64,000 nucleotides of DNA from an uncultured Chloroflexia bacterium (GCA_963707345.1 CAVPPE010000003.1:318352-382351); one strand, 5' to 3'. Counted from the first letter of the stretch, positions 35,701 through 44,320 are shown. Numbers and translations: made by a program. Notes: a model not told the origin generated them from the sequence alone.

Positions 35701-35847
35701 ACCCGCATTCTGGACGTGGCCTGGCCGGCCGACGTAGCCCCCACACAGGCCGACATGTTGAGCAACTATCCCTCGACGGCCGATGGCAACATCGACGACC
35801 TGGGCCCGGACGCGTTCGCCCAGTTGCCGATGATTGCTGTCCAATAG
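32728..35847 (+). CDS. GH57-family alpha-glucan-active lipoprotein (amylopullulanase-like) with a C-terminal glucodextranase-type module
   Basis: GGAGG SD before ATG 32728, lipobox LLAGCG. All five GH57 regions are present: IWHQHQPVY, GQIEVTMTPYAHPILPLL, WPAEGSV, ILDGENAWEHY, AEGSDWFWWYG. The C-terminal segment is DPENDDNGPGAYAYPSDGVFAAGAFDITSFSV. Confidence 0.8.
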   Translation: MKKHWSVLLTVVLLVGLLAGCGKEPTPTPPPPTEVPAGPTVVPGELTVEPTAAPAREEPLYVAIIWHQHQPVYFKDPETGIYAKPWVRVHASKDYVDMATTLEAYPAVHVTFNLTPSLIRQLDDLAAGARDRYWVMTEIPADQLTEEEQAYLKARFFDVNPKVIARFPRFEELASTREEQWAEQDYRDLQVLFNLAWTDPDWLAAEPLQALVAKERGYSEADKAVLLAEHQRLIEEVIPVHRRLQDAGQIEVTMTPYAHPILPLLVDSNLARVAMPSADLPGRFSYPKDAVEQVERGVALYQEHFGVAPRGMWPAEGSVAQDMVGMVGNVGIQWMASDEEVLAKSLGMSGFVRDARETVREADALYRPYVVQGFKTPPVYIVFRDHVISDKVGFTYSGMSGQAAAADFLRRMHNIKEMLDESGAEGPHLVSVILDGENAWEHYENDGKEFLHALYQGLTDAPELKTVTPSEFLAIASEQPAIETLWAGSWISHDFSTWIGEEEENTAWNYLLQTRETLFKYQQGRREASPEAIEAAFDAMMIAEGSDWFWWYGADQDSGNDGDFDQQFRATLKQVYLLLGEEPPDFLDVPVIPQRAQLPEQAAVDLIGPTIDGVAAEGEWDAAGYYTVQGGAMASADELIAKMWYGFDSKNLYLRFDLHNPVVDPLFLGVYMTGPGDVPVTSFSRYGRAEPKTLVGFGAKYELGLSLTAEGAAMSLSGVGEDGLWSEERTLPAGAVVALTDTAVEVALPFAALGPVDSGDTFQMRAALSRAEADIQVVPAGGPAKMTVPDLGLTTTVLEVADPENDDNGPGAYAYPSDGVFAAGAFDITSFSVGYDEANIVFKFIVRGPVENVWNSPNGLSVQTVDVYIDQDGPESGARLLLPGRNVALAADFAWDYAIWVEGWTPGIFVPGPDGPEQVDAEWSVLVDPGQSKITVRVPKSLLGDDPENWAYLGVLLGQEGYPSTGVWRVRDVEATAKQWRFGGAPVDINHTRILDVAWPADVAPTQADMLSNYPSTADGNIDDLGPDAFAQLPMIAVQ

Positions 35848-35881
35848 CATCGTTGGCTGCGAGTGGCCCGGCGTCAGGGGC

Positions 35882-35927
35882 GCATCTGTGGGGAGGTGCG
35901 GAGTGCTCCGCACCTCCCCACAGATGC
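35882..35927. repeat. Perfect 22-bp-arm inverted repeat (46-nt hairpin) downstream of the GH57 gene
   Basis: GCATCTGTGGGGAGGTGCGGAG-TG-CTCCGCACCTCCCCACAGATGC. No T-tract follows. Confidence 0.8.
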
Positions 35928-35965
35928 TGCTTGTGTGAGAGTGGATGTGTGAGGATAATTGATCT

Positions 35966-36901
35966 GTGATTGTTGTGGCGAGCACCAATGGGATGGTCGG
36001 TATTCGCGAGGCGATGCGACTGCTGCGGGCCGGCCGCCCGGCCGTGGAGGCGGTGGAGGCCGGTGTGCGGCTGGTGGAGGCCAACCCCGATGACCACACG
36101 GTGGGCTACGGCGGCTATCCCAATCTGCTGGGGCAGGTGGAACTGGACGCGGCCATCATGGACGGCCGCGAACTGGCGGCTGGCGCGGTGGGCGCGCTGC
36201 AAGGGTATCGCCATCCTATCTCCGTGGCCCGGCTGGTGATGGAGAGGCTGCCGCACGTTTTTTTGGTGGCCGATGGGGCGGCGCGCTTTGCGGCCGAGGT
36301 GGGGTGCGAGCCGGCCGGGCTGCTGACCGACGAGGCTGCCCGTGTGTGGCAAAAGGGACTGCCGGTCGGCATCGCCCCGGCCGAACTGGCCGGCCGCACC
36401 GACCTCTGGCAACTGGTGGAGCAGTCCACTGATCCCGAGAAGGCCAAAGGGACCATCAATTTCATCGCGCAGGAAGCGGCCGGGGACATCTGCGTGGGGG
36501 TCAGCACCAGCGGATGGGCGTGGAAGTATCCCGGCCGGCTGGGCGATTCACCGCTCGTGGGCGCGGGGCTGTACGCGGATAATCGCTACGGCGCGGCGGC
36601 CTGCACCGGCATGGGCGAGATGGCGATCCGCGCCGCAACCGCCCACAGCGTGGTGATGTACCTCAAGATGGGGCTGCCGTTGGCAGAGGCCGGCCGGCGG
36701 GCGATGGAAGAGCTGAATTGCCTGGGCGGCCGTTACCTGAGCGATATGAGCTTGGTGGCCCTGGATGCCAACGGCAACCACGCTGGCTTGACCAATGTAC
36801 CGGGTAAAACCTATCTGGTGATGACGGCCGAGATGGACGAACCGGCCGAGCTGCCCCGCACTTTCATCCACACCGAGAAACGCTGGCCGCGGCAGGTGTG
36901 A
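35966..36901 (+). CDS. Ntn-hydrolase asparaginase family protein (isoaspartyl peptidase / glycosylasparaginase-like)
   Basis: Autoprocessing site context KAKGTINFIAQE (Thr nucleophile), then GRLGDSPLVGAGLYADNRYGAAACTGMGE. GTG start. Confidence 0.8.
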   Translation: MIVVASTNGMVGIREAMRLLRAGRPAVEAVEAGVRLVEANPDDHTVGYGGYPNLLGQVELDAAIMDGRELAAGAVGALQGYRHPISVARLVMERLPHVFLVADGAARFAAEVGCEPAGLLTDEAARVWQKGLPVGIAPAELAGRTDLWQLVEQSTDPEKAKGTINFIAQEAAGDICVGVSTSGWAWKYPGRLGDSPLVGAGLYADNRYGAAACTGMGEMAIRAATAHSVVMYLKMGLPLAEAGRRAMEELNCLGGRYLSDMSLVALDANGNHAGLTNVPGKTYLVMTAEMDEPAELPRTFIHTEKRWPRQV

Positions 36902-37045
36902 CTTTTGTCATCTGCACCGGGTCACAAACAGCGCTTGGCAAGCGGCCGGGAGGCGGGAATAATAAGCGTAACCTGTGAGCCTGGTCTCTATTTCCCCATG
37001 GTCGAGCATTTATAATTGAGTCTTATGCAACAGAGGAGAACCACG

Positions 37046-37558
37046 ATGCACGCAATGACAAAGGAATTCCTGCAGGCTGCGTTTGCTGGCGAAAGCCAGG
37101 CACACATGAAATACCTTGCCTTTGCCGACAAGGCTGAAAAGGAAGGCAAGCCCCACATCGCCAACCTGTTCCGCGCCGTTGCCTACGCCGAACAGGTCCA
37201 TGCCATTAATCACCTCAAGGAACTGGGTGGCATCAAGGGCACCGGCGACAATCTGGTAGCGGCCAAGGGAGGCGAGGATTTTGAGGTGGGCGAGATGTAC
37301 GCCGCCTATCTGGCGGTGGCCGAATTGCAGGCGGAAAAAGGCGCTAAGAGGAGCATGACCTATGCCATTGAGGCAGAAAAGATCCACTCGGACCTGTACG
37401 CGGCCGCCAAGGCGGCCGTGGACGCCGGGGAGGATATTGCCGAGGCCAAGGTGTGGGTTTGCCCCGTTTGTGGCTGGACCTCCACCGACGGGGAACTGCC
37501 GGAGCGTTGTCCGGTCTGCAATGCCCTGAAAAAGGTCTTTAAAGAGTTTGGTGTCTAG
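37046..37558 (+). CDS. rbr: Rubrerythrin
   Basis: Ferritin-like di-iron motifs (ESQAHMKYLAFA, EQVHAINH, IEAEKIHSDLY) plus a C-terminal rubredoxin-like CPVCGW...CPVCNA. GAGGAG SD before ATG 37046. Confidence 0.9.
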   Translation: MHAMTKEFLQAAFAGESQAHMKYLAFADKAEKEGKPHIANLFRAVAYAEQVHAINHLKELGGIKGTGDNLVAAKGGEDFEVGEMYAAYLAVAELQAEKGAKRSMTYAIEAEKIHSDLYAAAKAAVDAGEDIAEAKVWVCPVCGWTSTDGELPERCPVCNALKKVFKEFGV

Positions 37559-37578
37559 ACCAGCTTCTGTGCGCAGTT

Positions 37579-37610
37579 GAAATCCCCGGCTCAGACCGGG
37601 GATTTTTCTT
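37579..37610 (+). terminator. Rho-independent terminator of rubrerythrin, overlapping the 3' end of the convergent gene
   Basis: GAAATCCCCGG (37579-89) / CCGGGGATTT (37596-605), followed by TTCTTT. Confidence 0.55.
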
Positions 37611-39444
37611 TGTGCGGCAGGCCGGTCCCGCGGTGATAAACCCACCACTCGGCCAGTAGCACGACGAGCGCCCCGGCCGCCAGCCAGGGCCACAGCTCGC
37701 GCTGTCCCAACTCCTGCCCGCCGGCCGGTGCTATTTCCGTCCGCCCCACGGTGATGGTTTCCGCGCGGGTGAGGGTCGACTCGGCCGGGTCAAACAAGTT
37801 GACCGCAAATTGCCCGCTTGGCTCGCCGTCCAGCGCCAGCCGATATAACCCCAGTTGGTTGGTTTCCGCATACACCAGGTGCTCCCCGGCCACGGCTGTC
37901 CAGGTGCCCCCATCCGGCTGCGTGATCTGCACCTGCTCCGCGTCACCCGGGTAAAGCGTCACCGGGTCACCCGGCCGGATGGCGCCGGCGTCAAAGGGCA
38001 GGCCGGGCGTCAGCCACTCCACCAGGTTTGCCATCAGCACCGGAAAGGCCACGTGCAGTGGCAGGTCGGATTGGTGCAGGTCAAAGGTCAGGGCGGCGAC
38101 GCGCCGGCCGCCGGTCTCCCCGGCCAGCAACAGTGGCCCGCCCTGGGCGCGGACCAGATCTGTGGCCCACGATGGCTGTTCCACTGCCCGTGCCTGCAGA
38201 ATGCTCACGGGGCTCAAATCGACGTGCGCCAGCCGGGGGTCATCGGCAACCCAACTCAGTTGGGTGTTGCTGAACGTGCCGGTCACGGTCAGTAGCGGGT
38301 TGCCGGGTGGCGGGTCCACCACCAGCAGCGGCGCGGCCGGGAGTTCGGCCGGTAGCACGCCGTCGAACACGTACAGGTCGTAGGGTTCGGCCGGGAGCGG
38401 AGCGCCCGCTTCTGCGCGAAAGGCCTGCAACTCCGGCAGGCTGGAGAGGGCGCGCTCCAGAAAGAGGTTGCCGGCCGATACCAGAAGTGCGCGCCGGTCG
38501 CCGGTGGGCCGCGTCACGGTCCAGGCAAGGTTGTCCAGCGCCAGTGCATCTTCGGTCGATAGCCGCGCTTCGATCACCCCCTCGCCGGCCGGCAGGCCGG
38601 TGAGCGTGACGGGCTGGTTCTCGCCGGCCGGCACGCTAAGCTGGCGCGACTCGATCAGGGCCCCGTCCACATAGATGGAGAGCAGCGCGGCGGCCAGGCC
38701 CGCCCCGGCCGGGGCGGTGTTGGCCACGCCGACGAACAGCTCCAGCCCGGCCGCGCTGTCGCGGCCGGCCAGCGCCGTGATGGCCAGGTTCCCTGTGCTC
38801 CCCTCGCGGCCGACGGGCACGTAGCGCACATCGCCCGGCAGGGATGGCAAATCCCTTGGGAGGTTGCCATCCGAGATGACCACGATGGTGCTCTCAGCCG
38901 CGCCGCTGACAGCCCCGGCCGCCAGCGCAAAGGCAGACTCCCAGTCGGCTGGGGCATGCTCCGGCCGGGCCGCAGAAATCGCCTCCCGCAACACCGATTT
39001 GTCGTGGGTGGCGGCCGCCAGCACCCGCGGCTGCGCCCCGGCGGCAATCACGGTCATCAACCCGTCGCCTCCCAGCCCGCTGACCATCTCCTCGGCCGCC
39101 CGCTGGGCCACGGCAAAGCGGGACGGCGTCACGTCGGTGGCCTGCATGCTGGCGGAGGCGTCCAACAGCACCACCACCGCGCCGCTGGCGATGGCCGGCA
39201 CCGGCAGGTACGGTCGCGCCAGCGCCACCACCAGCGCGATTACGATGAGCAGTTGCAGGAAGAGCAGCAGGTTGCGACGCAGTTTTTGCCAGGGCGCGTT
39301 CGCCTCCCGGTCGCGCAGCAGCCTGCTCCATAGCAGGGTGCTGGAGACAGTCACGTCGCGCCGGCGTAGCTTGAGCATCCACAGCAGCAGGATGGGGATG
39401 GCTAACGCCAGCAGCGCCAGGGCGGCGGGGGCCAGTAGGCTCAT
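37591..39444 (-). CDS. BatA-like N-terminal double-TM plus vWA domain protein
   Basis: N-terminus LLALAIPILLLWMLKLRRRDV...LLFLQLLIVIALVVALARP, vWA MIDAS-like VVVLLDASASM, and a C-terminal TM helix. Last gene of the MoxR operon. Confidence 0.75.
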   Translation of the reverse strand: MSLLAPAALALLALAIPILLLWMLKLRRRDVTVSSTLLWSRLLRDREANAPWQKLRRNLLLFLQLLIVIALVVALARPYLPVPAIASGAVVVLLDASASMQATDVTPSRFAVAQRAAEEMVSGLGGDGLMTVIAAGAQPRVLAAATHDKSVLREAISAARPEHAPADWESAFALAAGAVSGAAESTIVVISDGNLPRDLPSLPGDVRYVPVGREGSTGNLAITALAGRDSAAGLELFVGVANTAPAGAGLAAALLSIYVDGALIESRQLSVPAGENQPVTLTGLPAGEGVIEARLSTEDALALDNLAWTVTRPTGDRRALLVSAGNLFLERALSSLPELQAFRAEAGAPLPAEPYDLYVFDGVLPAELPAAPLLVVDPPPGNPLLTVTGTFSNTQLSWVADDPRLAHVDLSPVSILQARAVEQPSWATDLVRAQGGPLLLAGETGGRRVAALTFDLHQSDLPLHVAFPVLMANLVEWLTPGLPFDAGAIRPGDPVTLYPGDAEQVQITQPDGGTWTAVAGEHLVYAETNQLGLYRLALDGEPSGQFAVNLFDPAESTLTRAETITVGRTEIAPAGGQELGQRELWPWLAAGALVVLLAEWWVYHRGTGLPHKEKSPV

Positions 39445-39450
39445 GCCAGG

Positions 39451-40365
39451 TTACCTGACGATTCCCCGCGCACGCAGCGTGCGCAACACCAACTGATCCC
39501 AGGGGACCTCGGTGGAGATGGGGACGTAGTGCACCCCCCGGCCACGACACCAACCGGCCGTCTCCTGCTGCCATTCGTCCAGCCGGCGGCGGTACAGGTC
39601 GTGCATCGGCCGGTCAACCGTCACCTCCTGCGCCTCGCTGGTTTCCACGTCCACCAGCCGTAGGTCGCCACCCAGGGGCGGGTCCAGTTCGTCCGGCGAG
39701 AGCAGGTGCAGGATTCCCACTTCGTGGCCACGGGATTGGAGCGCGGTCACGCCGTCGTGAAAGCCGGACGGGCTCCACAGGTCGGAGATGAGCAGGGCAA
39801 GCCCCGGCCGGACGCCGCTGCTGGCGTAATGACGCAGGGCGGCGCTCAGGTCGGTCAGGCCGCCGGCCGTGCGCCCCGCCAGCCAGTCGAACAGTGGAAA
39901 GGTGTGCCCCCGGCCGCGGGCCGGGCCAAACTGCATCCCTCTTGCCTCTTCACCATTGGGGCGATCAGAGCGCGGGGAGATGCATTGGACGGCCACGCGG
40001 TCGCCGGTGCTGAGGGCAATGTGCGCCAGCGCGCCGGTCAGTTGCAGGCCATAGCGCAGCTTGTTGTGCTCCCCCTCACCCCAATCCATGCTGCTGCTGG
40101 TGTCCAACAGCAGGTGGACGGCCAAATCCTCCTCTTCCTCCAGTAGTTTGACGAATGGCCTTTCCAGCCGGGCGTAAATATTCCAGTCCACTCGGCGCAG
40201 GTCGTCCCCCTTGGCATAGTCGCGATAGTCGGCGAACTCGATGGCGGTGCCGCGCTTGGTGCTGCGCCGCTCCCCTTTGATGACCCCAGCCCGCACCCGC
40301 TGCGCGACCAGTGAGAGTTGTTCGAGTTTGCGCAGCGCTCGCTCGTCAAACAAGCGCTGGTTCAT
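39451..40365 (-). CDS. DUF58 domain protein (MoxR-associated)
   Basis: GERRSTKRGTAIEFADYRDYAKGDDLRRVDWNIYARLERPFVKLLEEE is the hallmark DUF58 segment. ATG 40365 overlaps the kinase stop (ATGA). Confidence 0.8.
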   Translation of the reverse strand: MNQRLFDERALRKLEQLSLVAQRVRAGVIKGERRSTKRGTAIEFADYRDYAKGDDLRRVDWNIYARLERPFVKLLEEEEDLAVHLLLDTSSSMDWGEGEHNKLRYGLQLTGALAHIALSTGDRVAVQCISPRSDRPNGEEARGMQFGPARGRGHTFPLFDWLAGRTAGGLTDLSAALRHYASSGVRPGLALLISDLWSPSGFHDGVTALQSRGHEVGILHLLSPDELDPPLGGDLRLVDVETSEAQEVTVDRPMHDLYRRRLDEWQQETAGWCRGRGVHYVPISTEVPWDQLVLRTLRARGIVR

Positions 40366-42689
40366 GACACGGATGTGCCTTCGGCGGTTGGCAGGGCCAG
40401 CATAAAGGTGCTGCCCCGCCCCATTTCGCTTTCCAGCCAGATCCGGCCGCCCATGGCTTCCACGGCGAGCTTGCAAAAGGCAAGCCCCAGACCGGAACCT
40501 TTGCGCCGACCGCGCCGGCCGCGCACCTGGCCGAATTTTTCAAAGATGCGGGTTTGCTCCTCGGCCGGGATGCCCGGCCCGGTGTCGTGGACGCCCACCA
40601 GCACCTCGCCACCGTTGTTGCGGGCCCAGATCGTGACCTCACCTTCGGCCGGGGTGTAATTGATGGCATTGTCCACCAGGTTCACCATTACCCGCCCCAG
40701 CTTTTCAGCGTCGGCCGCGGCTGGGGAGAGGTCGGCCGGCAGCTCCAGCAATAGTTGGACGTTGGCGCGCTGGGCGATGGGGTCCAACTGGGCGATGGCG
40801 CTTTCGGTCACCAGTGAAATGGGTACCGGGATTATTTCCAACGGCATGCGGCCGGTCTCCATGCGGCTGATGTCTAGCAGGGAGCTGACCATGTCCAGCA
40901 TCTTTCTCCCGCTCGCCTCGATGATGGCAAGCATCTTTTGCTCGCCAATGCTGTAGCGGTTTGGCGATTCCTGGAGCATGGAGATGCCACCCAAGATGCC
41001 AGTGAGCGGGCTGCGGAGATCGTGGACGATCATCGAGCTGAGGTCCTCGCGCATGCGGGCCAGTTTCTGTTCCTCAGATGCGTCTCGCAGGATGATGAGC
41101 CAGCCGGAGGTGGTATCATGCTCGGTTTGCACGGCCGTGAGGGTGCGGACAAAGGCGTTGGGATACGGCGGGTCCAATTCAATGACCGCCGTCAGGTACA
41201 TGCCGGGTTCTCGTTGCGCCTGCTCCAGATCGGCCTTTAGGGTTTTCTCGGTGTAGCCCAAAGCGGAGAGCAACGGCCGACCGTCGGGCAAGTGTTGGCC
41301 ATAGATGGAGAGACCAGTCAGCGCGCTGACGGGGGTGCTCCAGAAGCGGGCCAGTGCCGGATTGGTCATCAGCACCCGGCCGGCCGGGTCCAGAAGCAAA
41401 ATGCCGTCTCGGCTGGTGTCCAGCACGGCCGATAACTCGTGTACCCGGCGCTCCAGTGCCAGGTCGGCCCGCTCGTACAGGCGGGCATTGGTGATGGCGG
41501 TGGCGGTCTGACCGGCGATGGTGGTCAGGGTCTCCTGGTCGTGCTCGTCGTAAGCGGCCGCGCTGGAGCGGGTGGCGCTTTGTACGGCCAGCACCCCTAG
41601 CACCTCTTCGCCGGCCATCAGCGGCACTCCCAGCCAGGCGGCGGCCGGGCGGCCCTGGAGCACAATCTGGACGCCCATATCCTGGGCGCGGGCTGCTACA
41701 TCGCCGGTCAGAAGCAGCGGCCGGCGCGTGCGGATCACATACTCGGTCAGCCCGTTACCCATCGGGCGTGGGAGATAGCGGGCTACCTGACCATCCTCAA
41801 TGGCCAACGGGAAGTGGATCTCCTCGGTGACCGGGTCGTACAGTGCTACGTACAAGGTGCTGGCGTCCATCAACCGGCCAACCTGGCTGTGGACGGCCGC
41901 CAGCAGAGCATCCAGTCGCAGGTTGGCGCTCAGCGCCCGGCCGACCACGTTGAGTGTATCCAGGGTGCGAGCACGTCGCTCCAATGCCTGCAGCGTGGTT
42001 GCCAGCCGTTTGGTGATGATGACCATGGTCCCCAGGATGAGGGAGAAGAGAAAGAAAAAGGGGAACCCCAATTGGGTGAAGATGACGGCCACCAGCGGTG
42101 AAAAGATGAGCGGCGAGGCTTCGATCAGGACCACGTGCCATCCTTGCTGGCGGTACAAAATCAGCGGGTCGGCCGCGCGCAGCCAGCTAAAGCCAATAAA
42201 GATGGCGTTGTTGACCGCAATATAGGTAACCAACGCAGCCAGCAGGGGTAAAACCTGGTCGGCCGGCAGACCGATGCAAGGGGTCCGGCCGCCCAGCCCG
42301 AGGAATACCGCTCCGGCCGCCAGCACGCTGAGGGGTTGCATGGTGATGTTTTGAAACATGGTGGCCAGCAGATAGTTTGGCTGCCGCATTCGGGGAACCG
42401 TCTGGCTGCGCCAGAGGTCGAACAGGATGGCGGTGAGATACGCTACCCAGCCGGCCGGCACGGGACCCAGCGCCAGCATGGCGGCTGCCATCACCATGTG
42501 CGCCAAGCTGACGGTGCCGGCCGCAGAAGGGATGCTCCAGATGGAGGCGAACAGCACCAGGGCCACAAAAATGACCGTTGGCCCCAGTTCGGGTGGTTGG
42601 GTGGTTAGGACGAGCAGCAGTGCCAGGGTTCCGGCCGCCAGCACCAGCAAGAGGGTAATCTTTGGCCAGGTCCAGTCCCGCGATTTCAT
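40362..42689 (-). CDS. Multi-TM sensor histidine kinase (GAF-PAS-HisKA-HATPase), with no cognate response regulator in the window
   Basis: About 8 N-terminal helices, a GAF-like region and a PAS-like region (SRDGILLLDPAGRVLMTNPA). H-box MIVHDLRSPLTGI, and N/G boxes NLVDNAINYT, HDTGPGI, GSGLGLAF. ATG 42689 overlaps the upstream stop. Confidence 0.85.
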   Translation of the reverse strand: MKSRDWTWPKITLLLVLAAGTLALLLVLTTQPPELGPTVIFVALVLFASIWSIPSAAGTVSLAHMVMAAAMLALGPVPAGWVAYLTAILFDLWRSQTVPRMRQPNYLLATMFQNITMQPLSVLAAGAVFLGLGGRTPCIGLPADQVLPLLAALVTYIAVNNAIFIGFSWLRAADPLILYRQQGWHVVLIEASPLIFSPLVAVIFTQLGFPFFFLFSLILGTMVIITKRLATTLQALERRARTLDTLNVVGRALSANLRLDALLAAVHSQVGRLMDASTLYVALYDPVTEEIHFPLAIEDGQVARYLPRPMGNGLTEYVIRTRRPLLLTGDVAARAQDMGVQIVLQGRPAAAWLGVPLMAGEEVLGVLAVQSATRSSAAAYDEHDQETLTTIAGQTATAITNARLYERADLALERRVHELSAVLDTSRDGILLLDPAGRVLMTNPALARFWSTPVSALTGLSIYGQHLPDGRPLLSALGYTEKTLKADLEQAQREPGMYLTAVIELDPPYPNAFVRTLTAVQTEHDTTSGWLIILRDASEEQKLARMREDLSSMIVHDLRSPLTGILGGISMLQESPNRYSIGEQKMLAIIEASGRKMLDMVSSLLDISRMETGRMPLEIIPVPISLVTESAIAQLDPIAQRANVQLLLELPADLSPAAADAEKLGRVMVNLVDNAINYTPAEGEVTIWARNNGGEVLVGVHDTGPGIPAEEQTRIFEKFGQVRGRRGRRKGSGLGLAFCKLAVEAMGGRIWLESEMGRGSTFMLALPTAEGTSVS

Positions 42690-43288
42690 CTTGGTTGCCT
42701 CGCCAGCAGCGGGAGGCACTGACTCAGGAGCACCAGTTGGAACAGCCGGCCGAGCAGGACCACGCGGGTTTCGTTGGCCGCTTTGGGATCGCGCGCCGGC
42801 GCCAGCAGGCGGCCGATCAAAGCGTTCCTCTCTTCCGATGGCAAGCCTGGCTGCAGGGTGGCGGAAAGGGCCCAAAGCGCTTCGGCCAGATACCAGGCAG
42901 CGCGACAGTGGGTTGAGTTTAGCTCGCTCTGCCAGCCTTTGACGTATTGGCGGCTGGCCAACACCATCAACGATTCGCCGGCCGTGCCCAACAATAGCTT
43001 TTTCAACAGATCGTTGGCCTGGCCTTCAACCTCGGTTCTCTCCAGGCCGACCAGGTTTTGCAGCGCCACGCCGCCGATGGCACCGATGTCCAGCAGCGAG
43101 GCGAGTTGGCTGTATTGCCGGGCGGTGATTTTACCCTGCATTTCGCAGAGGTAGTGATGAAAGGCCTCGGCCGTGCGCAGCGCCAGCCCGGCCGGTTCTG
43201 CCCCGGCCGCCAGCAGTTGGCCGTGCAGCTCCCACAGAGCGGCCGGGGTAGGGGCGGTCAAAACGCGGTCCAATGCCTGCCAGTCCAT
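42686..43288 (-). CDS. Hypothetical 200-aa all-helical protein
   Basis: The ORF has normal codon and amino-acid composition, and its stop is coupled (ATGA) to the kinase start. I recognise no motif. Confidence 0.5.
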   Translation of the reverse strand: MDWQALDRVLTAPTPAALWELHGQLLAAGAEPAGLALRTAEAFHHYLCEMQGKITARQYSQLASLLDIGAIGGVALQNLVGLERTEVEGQANDLLKKLLLGTAGESLMVLASRQYVKGWQSELNSTHCRAAWYLAEALWALSATLQPGLPSEERNALIGRLLAPARDPKAANETRVVLLGRLFQLVLLSQCLPLLARQPR

Positions 43289-43335
43289 CTCTTCCCGGTT
43301 GCTATTGTACTTCGGGCGGTGGCAACGGGCAAAAA

Positions 43336-44307
43336 CTAGCCGGCGGGTACCGTTGCCAACAGTTCGGCAATCACCGCATCGGGAGTGATCCCCTCTGCCT
43401 GGCCCTCAAAGTTGAGCAGCAGGCGATGGCGCAGCGCGGCCGGGGCCACCGCCCGCACGTCGTCAAAAGCCACGTTGTACCGGCCGGAGATCAGCGCCAG
43501 GATTTTGCCCCCCAAGACCAGCGCCTGAGCGCCGCGCGGGCTGGAGCCGTAGCGCACAAAGCGGCGCACCATCGGCGGGGCGGTCTCTTCGGCCGGGTGG
43601 GTAGCCACCACCAATCGGGCAATAAAGTCGGAAACGTGGCTGGCGACCGGCACCTGGCGGGCCAACTCGCCCATCGCCACAATTGCCGCGCCGTCTGCCA
43701 CTTTTTCAGTGGTGGGCAGTTCACCCCCGGTGGTGCGGGCCAGAATCTCGACCAGTTCGGCCGGGCTGGGAAAACGCACCCCAATCTTGAAGAGAAACCG
43801 GTCCAGTTGCGCCTCCGGCAGCGGATACGTTCCTTCCATCTCGATCGGGTTCTGCGTGGCCAGCACGAAAAAGGGAGCCGCCAGCGGGTAGGTTTGCTGG
43901 GCCACCGTGACCGTCTTTTCCTGCATCGCCTCCAGCAGGGCGGACTGGGTCTTGGGCGTGGCGCGGTTGATTTCGTCCGCCAGCACCAGGTTGGCAAAGA
44001 CTGGGCCGGGCTGGAAGCGAAAAGCGCGCCGGCCGTCCTCTGACTCCTCTAGGATGTCGGTTCCGACGATGTCGGCCGGCATCAGGTCCGGCGTGAACTG
44101 GATGCGGCTGAACCTGAGGTCCAGCACGCTGGCCAGCGTGCGGATCAACATGGTCTTGCCCAGGCCCGGCACTCCTTCCAGCAGCGCGTGGCCGCCGGCC
44201 AGAACGGCGATGAGCACGTGGCGCACCACCTCTTGCTGCCCAACAATCACCCGGCCGATCTCGTTTTCAATGGTGGTAAAGGATTCGCGGAATGTTTCGG
44301 CGTTCAT
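43336..44307 (-). CDS. MoxR-family AAA+ ATPase
   Basis: IVGQQEVVRHVLIAVLAGGHALLEGVPGLGKT (Walker A), LVLADEINRATPKTQSALLEAMQE (Walker B/sensor), C-terminal YGSSPRGAQALV. ATG 44307 (MNAETF...). Confidence 0.9.
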   Translation of the reverse strand: MNAETFRESFTTIENEIGRVIVGQQEVVRHVLIAVLAGGHALLEGVPGLGKTMLIRTLASVLDLRFSRIQFTPDLMPADIVGTDILEESEDGRRAFRFQPGPVFANLVLADEINRATPKTQSALLEAMQEKTVTVAQQTYPLAAPFFVLATQNPIEMEGTYPLPEAQLDRFLFKIGVRFPSPAELVEILARTTGGELPTTEKVADGAAIVAMGELARQVPVASHVSDFIARLVVATHPAEETAPPMVRRFVRYGSSPRGAQALVLGGKILALISGRYNVAFDDVRAVAPAALRHRLLLNFEGQAEGITPDAVIAELLATVPAG

Positions 44308-44320
44308 GTGTTCCTCGTTT

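Noticed and set aside
32674-36099. 1141-aa ORF on the minus strand, the longest in the window
   Set aside because: It is antisense to the GH57 gene, which shows all five GH57 signature regions. The antisense translation is Arg/Gly/His/Pro-rich and motif-free, so it is a shadow ORF.
37011-37016. TATAAT hexamer upstream of rubrerythrin, and a possible PerR-type box nearby
   Set aside because: The -35 region is poor (TCTATT), and I could not find a convincing palindrome of PerR/Fur type, so it is not reported as a feature.
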